64,000 bases of DNA from a virus. Taxonomy: Duplodnaviria; Caudoviricetes. Shown in pieces: positions 41,238 to 50,392 of the stretch. The position numbers and the translations under genes are program-made. Location of the stretch: IMG/VR virus record IMGVR_UViG_3300035501_000922. One strand, written 5' to 3'. The notes beneath the pieces were generated by a model. That model did no database searches and was not told the DNA's origin. It was given only the letters and a program-made list of their open reading frames with translations. Numbering within the stretch: the stretch's first letter is position 1; each line of letters opens with the position of its first letter.

Positions 41238-44200
41238 TTATTCCTGTTCTGTTTCCTCATCATATGAAGGACCCATAAGATAGTTACGAGTTTTCATCTC
41301 GTGTTTTATTCTCTTTTCAAGTTCTTCTTTAGTAATTACAGGATTTTCTTCCAGAATTTCTTCTCTTATTTCTTTCTCTCTTTGAATGATAAAGAACTGA
41401 TAATCCGTACAAAAGTAATTCCTACCGTCAAGTTCATGTGACTTTAATTCGGTATTATTTAATGGATAAATAGCATCATCTTCATCAACAAAGTCTAATC
41501 CGATAGATAACGATTTAAGAATAACATCAAATATTTCTGCTACTCTTGAAGTATAAGAACTATCAATTTTCTGTATCGCATTACTATCAGAATCTTGGAA
41601 AAGTAAGTTTGCTAAATCACGTCTTCCTTTAATAGAAGTTCTATACATAGCATGAAATAATGCTATATCTTCCGGAATTAACGCTATAGAAAAGTTAAGT
41701 GTTTCGAACTCGCCACATTCGATTTATTACTTTATATCACTATAAAGATTAGACTATATCTTCATCCATATATTCTATTACCAAATATATGGAGCTCTCC
41801 GTTTCCACATTTCATGTGTACTCTACTCACTTCTTCATTATAATATTTCTATTATAACTATGCTTTCGATAGTCGTTGAACGTTCTTCTTATAAAGAAGC
41901 TTCGCTGCTGATTGTCTCATTGAGAGTTCCCAGCAATTAAAAGAGTTTTGCTAAATACTATTACTAGTATTTCCGCCCTGGCATTGTTAAAGCGGATGGC
42001 TGTACCGCTGTACTGCTCAAGATGTGACCTTGATTTATAACTTCTAGTGGGTAGTCCCTTGGTGTCAATAGCACCAGTACTTCTAGCACTAAATCCACGA
42101 CGGTCGGACTGTTTTAATTTCAATTATTATTCATATAGATTCGTTACATCTATATCTGTTTATACAGCTCTATGTCACCATAGAGTTTAGACTATATCAC
42201 ATCCATATATTCTGTTACTAAATATACAGACCCTTGCACTTCCACTCTACTTAGAGTGTACTCTACTCAGTTACTCACTTAGATATTTCTTCTAAGCTAC
42301 CTTTTCGATAGTCGTTGAGCTTAAACTAAATATTATATTTATTTTATATGTCTATTAATATAACTACGTATTTTTTCTTCATTGATATTATATTTTTTCG
42401 ATAATAAACGTTTGATATACTTACTCTTCATACCATGTTGGTATAAATTCTGTGCTTCTTTCTTTAAGTCTTCAGGCAATTCTCGATATGGAATAATTCC
42501 TCCAGTATAGTTACTTATATCTATTTCACTATAAAGACTGTTATAAATAGGATTACTTTTCTTTGCTAAAATATTTGATAGTGACGAATATTTTACACCA
42601 GTGATATCACTTATCTCATATAACGAATACTTATTTTGATTCATCAATTGAAATACCTGACGATATTGTTCTATCGTGTAACTTTCACGGTCATGATAAT
42701 AAGCATCTATATTATAATTTTGACTAATGTCCGTCCATGATTTATGTTTCACTATTAAATAAATCATAGCAAACGATACACCAGTGATATTTGATATTTC
42801 CCGCAATGTTAATAATCCTTCTTCTAAGTATACACAAACATCTTTAATTTGTTCACTGTCGTATATTGCTAAATGAGAATGATGACCACATTTAGCATGT
42901 TTTAATCCTGTTTTAAATGCATGAAGTATATTTTCAGATTTTGTTACCCATTCTAAATTTTCAATAGAATTGTCATGCTTATTGCCATTTTTATGGTTTA
43001 CTTCAGGTTTATTTTCAGGATTTGGTAAAAACGCTGAAGCAACGAGTCGATGTACCGCAAATTGGTATTGCTCATTATTATAAAATAAAACAACTCGTTG
43101 ATAATCATCGTCATAACCTCTAGGCTTTAAAAATTTATTAGTTTTTTCACTAAAAATTTCACCAGTTGAATATACAATATACTCAGTTTTTTCATCATTA
43201 ATATAGATATACTTTTTCATGTTTTTCACCGCCTTTTTAATTATTATCAATAAAGAAATTATTTAGTTTAAGTTGCGTGATTGTCTCTATTCTTAACCTT
43301 ATTACTATACCTTGGACGTTACTCCTCGCCATCATATTATTACTAATATGATTTAGTAGTTAAGACTTAACGAGAGTTCCCCGCAATTCACAAGGTTTTC
43401 TATGATTATTACTAACCATAGCCTCAAATTATTTTTTAAGGATATACATGTCTCCTACCCAAACTTTAGAAAGTATCTTTATCTTTCGTCCCCATTTGTT
43501 TATATAAACATTATCCGGTTGCAACCATGAATACTTTTCGAGAATATCTCTAATTCTATAAAATATTGGTTTAGTTTCCCACATTGGAGATTGATGAATA
43601 TAGATACCATTGTCAATCACATCATCAATAAAATCTTTCTTTTCGGACTCATTCATATCTAAATACATTTTTTGTATTTGTTTATGCTCGTCCTCATTAA
43701 ACTCATAAAGAATATCAAAGAAAAGTTTTTCTCTTTCCTTGTAATCTTCGTATTCTTGCATTTTCTTTCGCACCTGATGACAAATAGATGTCATCGTAAT
43801 TTCATAAAGCGGCATACTCGTTGTGCGATTAATAATAGCAAGAAGATTTAATAATAAATCAACCCTTCTACCATCTTCAGTAAAAGGCATATCTTCATCT
43901 TCTCTGATTTCTGAAATAACCGATTTGTTACCAAAACGCAATTACATTCATATAGACTCGTTACATCTATATCTGTTTATACAGCTCTATGTCACCATAG
44001 AGTTTAGACTATATCTTCATCCACATATTCTATTACCAAATATATGGAGCTCTGCACTTCCACTCTACTTAGAGTGTACTCTACTCACTTCTTCACTTAA
44101 GTATTTCTCTTAAGTTATGCTTTCGATAGTCGTTGAACGTTCTTCTATTAAGAAGCTTCGCTGCTGATTGTCTTCATGAGACCTTCCAGCAATTCACAGA

Positions 44201-45706
44201 GTTTGAAATATACATTACTGCATATTCAGGCAGTTTTTGTTTACCTGTTAATTTCTGTCCCTTAGCCAAAGGAACCACTTTACGTACAGTTATTTCAATA
44301 ACCATATTCGAAAAGGCACTGTCCAATTTTTTGTTAATCTCTACCTTTCAGTAGAAGTTCAGACTATATCTTCATCTTATACTCTATTACCAAGTATAAA
44401 GAGCTCTCCGTTTCCACTATATAAATAATGTACTCTACTCACTTCTTCACCTAGATATTTCTCCTAAGTTATGCTTTCGATAGTCGTTGAACGTTCTTCC
44501 ATTAGGAAGCTTCGCTGCTGATTGTCTCTATTCATTAGATTGTCACACTTTGGTACTAATGACCTAACAAGAGTTCCCAGCAATTAGAAGAGTTTATAGA
44601 GGGTTCGAATACCTTTAGCCCTCTTTCCATTTCTTTTCTTTGTCAAGCATTTCCAGTGCACGCTTATAAAGATAATCAACCTCTCTGGTATATTTATATC
44701 CAGAATCCATGATTTCTATACATGCATCAAGAATCTCTTTGTAATACTTATTTTGACCTCTGAGGTACTTATTAATCTGCTCTGTAAAAGCAGTATCAAC
44801 AATTTCTTCATTGTTATTATAAATAGTATAGTCAATAACTTCATTACCATTACCAATATAATAAACAATGTCGCCCTCATGAATCTGATTTAGTGATTCA
44901 CCTTTGAAATCAAATAAAAGCTGATTGTTAAATTGACGTCTGATAGCTGCAAGATGACCACTTACTGTTTCACCTATTTCAGGTAATGGTTTATACTTAC
45001 CTTTCTTATTAGGAATAAGAGAATAGGTATTATCAGGTTCACCCTGAAGATTAATGAAATAATCATTATCATTTAAACCAATAGTAATTACTTCAGTCTC
45101 AATAGATGTAAACTTGCCTGCTAAGCTTCTAGATACTACGGCAGCATCTTCTGAAGTATAAGGGTCAAGAGTATACATTACCGTTACATTACGACCATAT
45201 GCATAATTCATGTCTTCATCATAAGATGTTGACTTATACAATACAGTATTTTTGGGTATGTCATCTCCCTCTTCAAAACTATCAATAACGTCATTATTAT
45301 AGTCAAAACCAAAGTTTTCAGTAAGGTCTTCAACTTTCTTTCTGGTAATAACATCAAACTCTTCTTTTTCTGTATCAAATACAAAAAGTTTATAGATATT
45401 CGGTTCATCCAGAATCTCATCGAATTTTTCTACCTTTCTGAAAACTACAAGATTGTTTTTGGTCTGCTTATATCCTGAACTATGTTTACCAACAACGTTT
45501 TCTGCATTTGTAAAAACGTATGGAAATTCAGGATGCTGTAGATTCAAAAATTGCTTGAGGTGACTTGTAAACATAGTCGACCTCATACTGTTAATGTAGC
45601 CAGGATATGACAAAACAGTCATACCAAGCAGTGAAGACGAATTTTGATACTGTTCGTCTGCCTTGTACAGTTCTTCTTTCAAACTGTATTTCTGTACCTC
45701 TGGCAT
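41238..45706 (-). CDS. RNA polymerase beta C-terminal subunit (non-virion type), 5 exons, about 759 aa
   Basis: Exons 45706-44618, 44323-44243, 43938-43438, 42120-41990, 41715-41238 splice in frame to restore RpoB motifs GQKLTG|RFGNKSV, VGDMYIL|KLKQ, AIRF|GEFE. Confidence 0.9.
41716..41989 (-). mobile_element. Group I intron (ORF-less), 274 nt
   Basis: AAUUGCUGGGAA, AAUCAGCAG, GUUCAACGACUA, AAGAUAUAGUCU cores; P1 CCGCUU/GGGCGG; terminal G. Confidence 0.9.
42121..43437 (-). mobile_element. Group I intron with HNH homing endonuclease, 1317 nt
   Basis: Core motifs flank ORF; P1 CCUU/GAGG; ends AAUUG. Confidence 0.9.
42339..43220 (-). CDS. Intron-encoded HNH homing endonuclease
   Basis: VHRLVASAF.PNP...VNHKNGNKHDNSIENLEWVT..EN..HA plus HTH-like repeats. 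Confidence 0.9.
   Translation of the reverse strand: MKKYIYINDEKTEYIVYSTGEIFSEKTNKFLKPRGYDDDYQRVVLFYNNEQYQFAVHRLVASAFLPNPENKPEVNHKNGNKHDNSIENLEWVTKSENILHAFKTGLKHAKCGHHSHLAIYDSEQIKDVCVYLEEGLLTLREISNITGVSFAMIYLIVKHKSWTDISQNYNIDAYYHDRESYTIEQYRQVFQLMNQNKYSLYEISDITGVKYSSLSNILAKKSNPIYNSLYSEIDISNYTGGIIPYRELPEDLKKEAQNLYQHGMKSKYIKRLLSKKYNINEEKIRSYINRHIK
43939..44242 (-). mobile_element. Group I intron (ORF-less), 304 nt
   Basis: Core motifs; P1 CAGGU/GCCUG; P10 AAAAC/GUUUU. Confidence 0.9.
44324..44617 (-). mobile_element. Group I intron (ORF-less), 294 nt
   Basis: Core motifs; P1 AGAGGG/CCCUCU; boundaries uncertain by 1 nt. Confidence 0.85.
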
Positions 45707-45837
45707 TTTTTTATCCTCCTTGTGTTTATTTAGCATGAAATGCAAATAAATAATATATAACCAAAACAATATTAGTTAAAAAAATGTGATTATTAATATA
45801 AAAAAATAAGGGTTACTATAAAAGTAACCCTTAGTAT

Positions 45838-46788
45838 TTATTTATCAAGCTTTATTCCACGGCGATCAAGCTCTTTCTTTACTGTGGAATACTTGCTCCT
45901 GATGCTTGAGATTGTCTCTCCCAACTCCTTTCTTAAGTTGTTTCTATCATCTATTGTATACAATAGATAAAAACGAATGAGATCTCCGTCTAACCAGAAA
46001 CCTACCCCGTATCCATTCGATACGTGGTTGCTGAACTTAGATGGCATCGGGGTTTCGCTACGCTTTTTTTCTTCACGTTTTTCTATCTCCTTACGAATGG
46101 CATCACGCTTGTGATAGCATGACGCCAATGCATTTATACAGCATATTTTCTTTACCTTCTCCCATTCTTTTGCATTGATGAGAGAGAGTACCAGATTAAG
46201 CTGTTCATCAGTCCAACCGGATACTCTTTTAGGCAACTCAATTTCATTGTTTATTTCTATCTCCTTTTCTGTCTCAGATTCAACGTCATTTTCATCAGCT
46301 TTAGCTGCTTCTAGTTTAGGTGCTTCATTGGTTTCAGATTCTTCAACATCCTCTGTACGCTTAATGACATATGGAGTTGCGTTGTTGATGTTCACCCCAT
46401 ATCTGCTCCACTCCTCACTGGTCTTTCTGACAACCTCTTTATCTGTCAGTAGACCATGAGTTAGTAGATATATGCGGACGAGAAGATCCAACCAATCCCC
46501 ATTTATCGCCCCATGATATGTAGCTTCGGCGAACTCATCCGGTGTAAATTCATACACCTTATGAGTGTCGACAAATGCTTCATACCCATTTGTCGACACT
46601 ATAGGGATAACCCCTTCCCATATCCCCCTGCGGCACGATGTTATGGAGAAGCATAATACTTTCTCAGTATCAGGGGTTATCTCCGACAACACAACATAGT
46701 TATGACGTGATATGTCACGTGTTGGATGTTTGTCCGTCATGAGGTACACGCCGCCCCTCTGCACGAAATCTATCTTTAGTCTTTTCAT
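45838..46788 (-). CDS. Protein with N-terminal PemK/MazF-like domain and C-terminal helical repeats
   Basis: QRGGVY...RHNYVVLS...VLCFSITS...FVD..KV pattern. Confidence 0.5.
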   Translation of the reverse strand: MKRLKIDFVQRGGVYLMTDKHPTRDISRHNYVVLSEITPDTEKVLCFSITSCRRGIWEGVIPIVSTNGYEAFVDTHKVYEFTPDEFAEATYHGAINGDWLDLLVRIYLLTHGLLTDKEVVRKTSEEWSRYGVNINNATPYVIKRTEDVEESETNEAPKLEAAKADENDVESETEKEIEINNEIELPKRVSGWTDEQLNLVLSLINAKEWEKVKKICCINALASCYHKRDAIRKEIEKREEKKRSETPMPSKFSNHVSNGYGVGFWLDGDLIRFYLLYTIDDRNNLRKELGETISSIRSKYSTVKKELDRRGIKLDK

Positions 46789-46800
46789 AATTTACCCACT

Positions 46801-46831
46801 TTCTCTGTTTTAACGTCTTTACAGCTGACTT
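46801..46831 (-). promoter_or_regulatory. Conserved 5' leader motif AAGUCAGCUG..AAAGAC.UUAAAACAGAGAA
   Basis: Near-identical copies at 57640..57676 (-) and 58905..58941 (+), always next to the RBS. Confidence 0.65.
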
Positions 46832-46909
46832 GATTAAAAAATAAAGACTGACGTAATGTTTCTCGCCAGCCTCTATTTTTGTTTTTCTTTATATGTATTA
46901 AATTAGAAA

Positions 46910-47452
46910 TTACTCCTCTCTAAAATCATCTTCATCGTCTTCGTCTTCGTCGTCGTAGTAGTCTTCATCGTCTTCGTCTTCGTCGTCGTAGTAGTCTTCA
47001 TCGTCTTCGTCTTCGTCGTCGTAGTAGTCTTCATCGTCTTCGTCTTCGTCGTCGTAGTAGTCTTCATCGTCGTAGTGCTCATCGTCGTATAGCGACTTCA
47101 AATCAGTGATGGCCATACTTCTAATGCATGAGTATTTATTCGTTAATAAATAAATACTCTTTTCTACATCCTTACTGTGTAGTGAGTGATGTATTTTATT
47201 AAATCTAATAAGCTCGCCACAGAACTTATGAAACCTCTGCAGTAGAAGATCAACCATCTCTTCGATGAAATCATCCTCTGTGCATCTGAGGACATACGAC
47301 GACGGCGTAGTTCTACGTAACTCCTCGTAGAAAACGTCATAAACGTTCTCTTCGATTGCTCTTTCGACAGTCGTGCACTTGTTACGCGAATTGATGAAAG
47401 ATTCTACCATTGCGGTTATTCTGTTTTCGGTTGTGTTAACATTAATATTCAT
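46910..47452 (-). CDS. Early protein with extremely acidic repetitive C-terminus
   Basis: Start MNINV after GGAGG; (DYYDDEDEDDE)n tail; early promoter 47564..47595. Confidence 0.75.
   Translation of the reverse strand: MNINVNTTENRITAMVESFINSRNKCTTVERAIEENVYDVFYEELRRTTPSSYVLRCTEDDFIEEMVDLLLQRFHKFCGELIRFNKIHHSLHSKDVEKSIYLLTNKYSCIRSMAITDLKSLYDDEHYDDEDYYDDEDEDDEDYYDDEDEDDEDYYDDEDEDDEDYYDDEDEDDEDDFREE
46929..47071. repeat. 33-bp tandem repeat x4 plus partial
   Basis: TCTTCATCGTCTTCGTCTTCGTCGTCGTAGTAG perfect copies starting at 46929, 46962, 46995, 47028. Confidence 0.95.
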
Positions 47453-47646
47453 ATAAATACCTCCAGTATTTTTAATGCCTTTCTTTTGACTAGGTTCAGG
47501 CGACCTAATATATTCATTATTGTACATAATCGTTTTATGTATTTCATATCCGATTACACAAAAATAATATATAATTATAAAACCTGACTTTACGGATAAA
47601 AGATAAAAAAAGAGGGAGTGAAACTTAATTCACTTCCTCAAAATAA

Positions 47647-49956
47647 TTACATAAACTCACTCATGAAACGGTCAATTTCCCAAGGAGTAATTACATTATC
47701 AGCTGTCTTTTCCAGACTAAACACAATGTCAGCTTTATCAGGGCTGTAAACCCTAATACCTCTAGCATCTATATTCAACTGAACTAACTCAGACAACTGA
47801 GTATAATAATTGTTAATAACGGCCCGAATGTTATTAACAATGCTAGAATTACTTGTTTTGATGTTATTTATAGATTGATTTGAGTCAGTACTCATATCCA
47901 TCCAGATAACTTCTCTCTCAACAAGGTCTATTGCATACGGAACGCAAACGTTCGATGGAGCAGTTAAGTCCATATTCATCGCTACTTTACTCGGGTCAAA
48001 TATCTTAGCGGCGTTCTCAAACCTCTCATATTTGCTTTCATGATAGTACTCATCGTATACATTAGCATCTATAGACGCTAATGCATTATCGATTTCCATG
48101 AATCCTGCACGTGAATTGAACTCATTAAATTTTATACTAGATGTATAACTGTGCACTGTAAAAACAGCATACCTTATACCATTTTGTACAAGAGCGTCAA
48201 TATCACAATCGGCAAATTCAGCAACACCGATACCGTCTGCATCACCTCCATTAACGATATCACCGGAATGTATTGCCAGATATCTTCCGTTTTTGCCACA
48301 TATTCTTAACTGCATATACGAAACACTACCACGTTCGATGAAGTTCTCATCGAGGAATGTGATAGATGAGTCAAGGTCAACTCTATCGCCTCTTTCAGTA
48401 TTCGTCCACCATATAAATGAACGAATAGTTTTTGTACCTGGTTTAAGTTTCCATCTTGAACCTCTTGTTGCTATCTTCGAGGTTTCAGAAGCAGACCTCT
48501 GTGAAGAAGGAACTACAAATCCATTGAACGAAGGGTCAATGTATACGTAACCCATGAAGTCTTTTTCTGCTAACTTAGCTCTGATAGCATTCGTAGCGAA
48601 CTTTATGATTGAAAGTGTATAACGCTCATCAATCGGTCGGAGTTTGTTCTCCATCACAAAAGCTGTTGTAGTCTGTCCCTTAGGGAAGAATACTCTAGGT
48701 TCGCTATCGTTATTGTTATAACGATATTCAAAGTGGTTCTTAATCTGAAGCAGTACAGGTACTGTCAGTTTGTTCGCACAGTGAATGAAGAGAGAAATAA
48801 CTTTCTCACAGGTTTCCTTATCTGCATTTCTTAACAGATAATCGAGCTTTCTTGCAAACTCACCGGGTCTCTCGATGAGCTTATCAACAGCCTCAGACCA
48901 TTTGCCTTCATTGAAAAGTTTCTCAACTTCTCCTTTCCAGCTTACAACTTTTAAGTCGCTACGAATAGCATTAAAAGCTGCTTGTACATGGTTGTACTTG
49001 GCTGAAGAATAAGAGCCCGGATGTATCTTCTCACCAACTCTTTTCCAGTATTCAGGATATCTTCCCATATCCTGAATCAGATTCTTGATATTGTTGAGTA
49101 AGTCCATCATGAACTTGTACTGCTTTCTAGGGCAGTTCTTAAACTTGGTTGGTTTAGCGAGTGAAATGTCTCCTCCAGATACTGCAACGTAATATCTGAG
49201 GACATCAGTTGCAGTCTTAAAGACATTCTTGTAGTCGTTGACATCTATATTCTCAATGCCTATCTTTTCAATAGACATATTGGTTACAAATGCCAAATTC
49301 TCTTTATAGTTAATCTCAGGAAGGACATCTCCGATTTTATGCAAATACTCGAAGTATATTGCAATCGTGTGCATATCCAGCACAGACAATGAAGTCTTGG
49401 ATGAAATAAGGTTGAAACATATTTCTCTTATGACAGAGTCATCATCTATAATGTCGATAGCCTTACACTCTTCTAAGTGCTTGATGGTTTCGAAAACCGA
49501 CTCATCATCATTATTCATGTTAGCCATGTAATGCTCTCTCTCTTCCTGAGCAGGTTGCCAATTACCATTCGACCAGTAGTGAAGAATGGCATTAATAAAC
49601 AACTCAGCGTCAGACAGGCTCATGACTTCTCTGGGGAATCCCGGATACATTGGAACATACTTAACGTCGTTACCGATAGATACATCAAGCTGTCTAAGGT
49701 ATGTTACAAGAAGCTCCTGAAGAGCATCAATGTCTGTAACCTTTTTAAGCTTGTCGATAGCTTCAGCAGTAAGAGCGTAACCTCTCTGTGCGAGCTTTAT
49801 GTTGAAAGTGCCGATGAGCTGGGTTCGAGTAGACTCGTTTACTGTGGTTTCAATACCACCTGTGCACAGACTTTTATCAAGATAAAAAGCCTCACGTCTT
49901 ACGATTGCAATGCTGGAAAGTTCCTTTACCTTCGCCATAGTTTTGTTTGTTTTCAT
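47647..49956 (-). CDS. ROT/TROVE-like repeat + C-terminal TerD domain protein
   Basis: MYPGFP.EV, KENLA, TATDVLR, WKRVGEKIHP, RPGEFARKLDYLLR, RVFFPKG; TerD-type DLDSS...SY..LR...HSGDI..G...AEF.D. Confidence 0.75.
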   Translation of the reverse strand: MKTNKTMAKVKELSSIAIVRREAFYLDKSLCTGGIETTVNESTRTQLIGTFNIKLAQRGYALTAEAIDKLKKVTDIDALQELLVTYLRQLDVSIGNDVKYVPMYPGFPREVMSLSDAELFINAILHYWSNGNWQPAQEEREHYMANMNNDDESVFETIKHLEECKAIDIIDDDSVIREICFNLISSKTSLSVLDMHTIAIYFEYLHKIGDVLPEINYKENLAFVTNMSIEKIGIENIDVNDYKNVFKTATDVLRYYVAVSGGDISLAKPTKFKNCPRKQYKFMMDLLNNIKNLIQDMGRYPEYWKRVGEKIHPGSYSSAKYNHVQAAFNAIRSDLKVVSWKGEVEKLFNEGKWSEAVDKLIERPGEFARKLDYLLRNADKETCEKVISLFIHCANKLTVPVLLQIKNHFEYRYNNNDSEPRVFFPKGQTTTAFVMENKLRPIDERYTLSIIKFATNAIRAKLAEKDFMGYVYIDPSFNGFVVPSSQRSASETSKIATRGSRWKLKPGTKTIRSFIWWTNTERGDRVDLDSSITFLDENFIERGSVSYMQLRICGKNGRYLAIHSGDIVNGGDADGIGVAEFADCDIDALVQNGIRYAVFTVHSYTSSIKFNEFNSRAGFMEIDNALASIDANVYDEYYHESKYERFENAAKIFDPSKVAMNMDLTAPSNVCVPYAIDLVEREVIWMDMSTDSNQSINNIKTSNSSIVNNIRAVINNYYTQLSELVQLNIDARGIRVYSPDKADIVFSLEKTADNVITPWEIDRFMSEFM

Positions 49957-50021
49957 AATAACAACACTCCTTTTTAAATTATAGCTGATTCAGTGGCTTC
50001 TTTTAACTGAATCAATAGAAT

Positions 50022-50063
50022 AAAAAATAAACCGGTGATACTAAGCGCTTAGTATCACCGATT
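50022..50063 (-). terminator. Intrinsic terminator ending the ncRNA transcript
   Basis: CGGTGATACTAAG/CTTAGTATCACCG followed by TTTATTTTTT. Confidence 0.8.
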
Positions 50064-50090
50064 CTTTTTGTTGACCGTTTTTCTATATAA

Positions 50091-50174
50091 CGAACTCAAT
50101 TAGCTCCATCTCTAAAGCATTAAAATTATTATCCATTAATTATTAGAAGGAAGAGAAAGAATAGGCTGAGTCCG
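50091..50174 (-). ncRNA. Structured RNA element 2 (UCCUUCUA hairpin)
   Basis: Outer stem CGGACUCA/UGAGUUCG, GC/GC with UAAU bulge, inner UCUCU/AGAGA, then UCCUUCUAAU. Confidence 0.7.
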
Positions 50175-50239
50175 AGTCTATATGCACATACGGTCATCTG
50201 TGCTTTTAACTACCATCGTATTACAATGGTAGCGTGCAG

Positions 50240-50321
50240 TCGGAGAATAAGCAATATGTCTAATAAAAATTCATACTATTACTATTTTAATTAGAAGGAA
50301 GACAACACTATAGCTCTCCGA
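50240..50321 (-). ncRNA. Structured RNA element 1 (UCCUUCUA hairpin)
   Basis: Outer stem UCGGAGA/UCUCCGA, GC/GC with UUAU bulge, inner UGUCU/AGACA, then UCCUUCUAAU. Confidence 0.7.
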
Positions 50322-50368
50322 ATAAATTAGTAAGAATACAGACTAATTCTGTATCTTTAACCATTAAA

Positions 50369-50379
50369 ATAATGTATAA
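50369..50379 (-). promoter_or_regulatory. Early-type promoter driving the ncRNA locus
   Basis: TTATACATTAT with no plausible ORF before the terminator at about 50025. Confidence 0.65.
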
Positions 50380-50392
50380 TTGAAATTAAAAA

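Noticed and set aside
42339-43250. Inteins or free-standing HNH genes
   Set aside because: HNH ORFs lie inside intron RNA cores, are not fused to host exons and show no intein splicing motifs
46929-47071. 33-bp repeats as a CRISPR array
   Set aside because: Head-to-tail with no spacers and in frame within a CDS
50091-50321. TTAGAAGGAAGA repeats as mini-CRISPR, tRNA or group I intron
   Set aside because: Only two copies, each inside a long hairpin; no cloverleaf/T-loop and none of the intron core motifs
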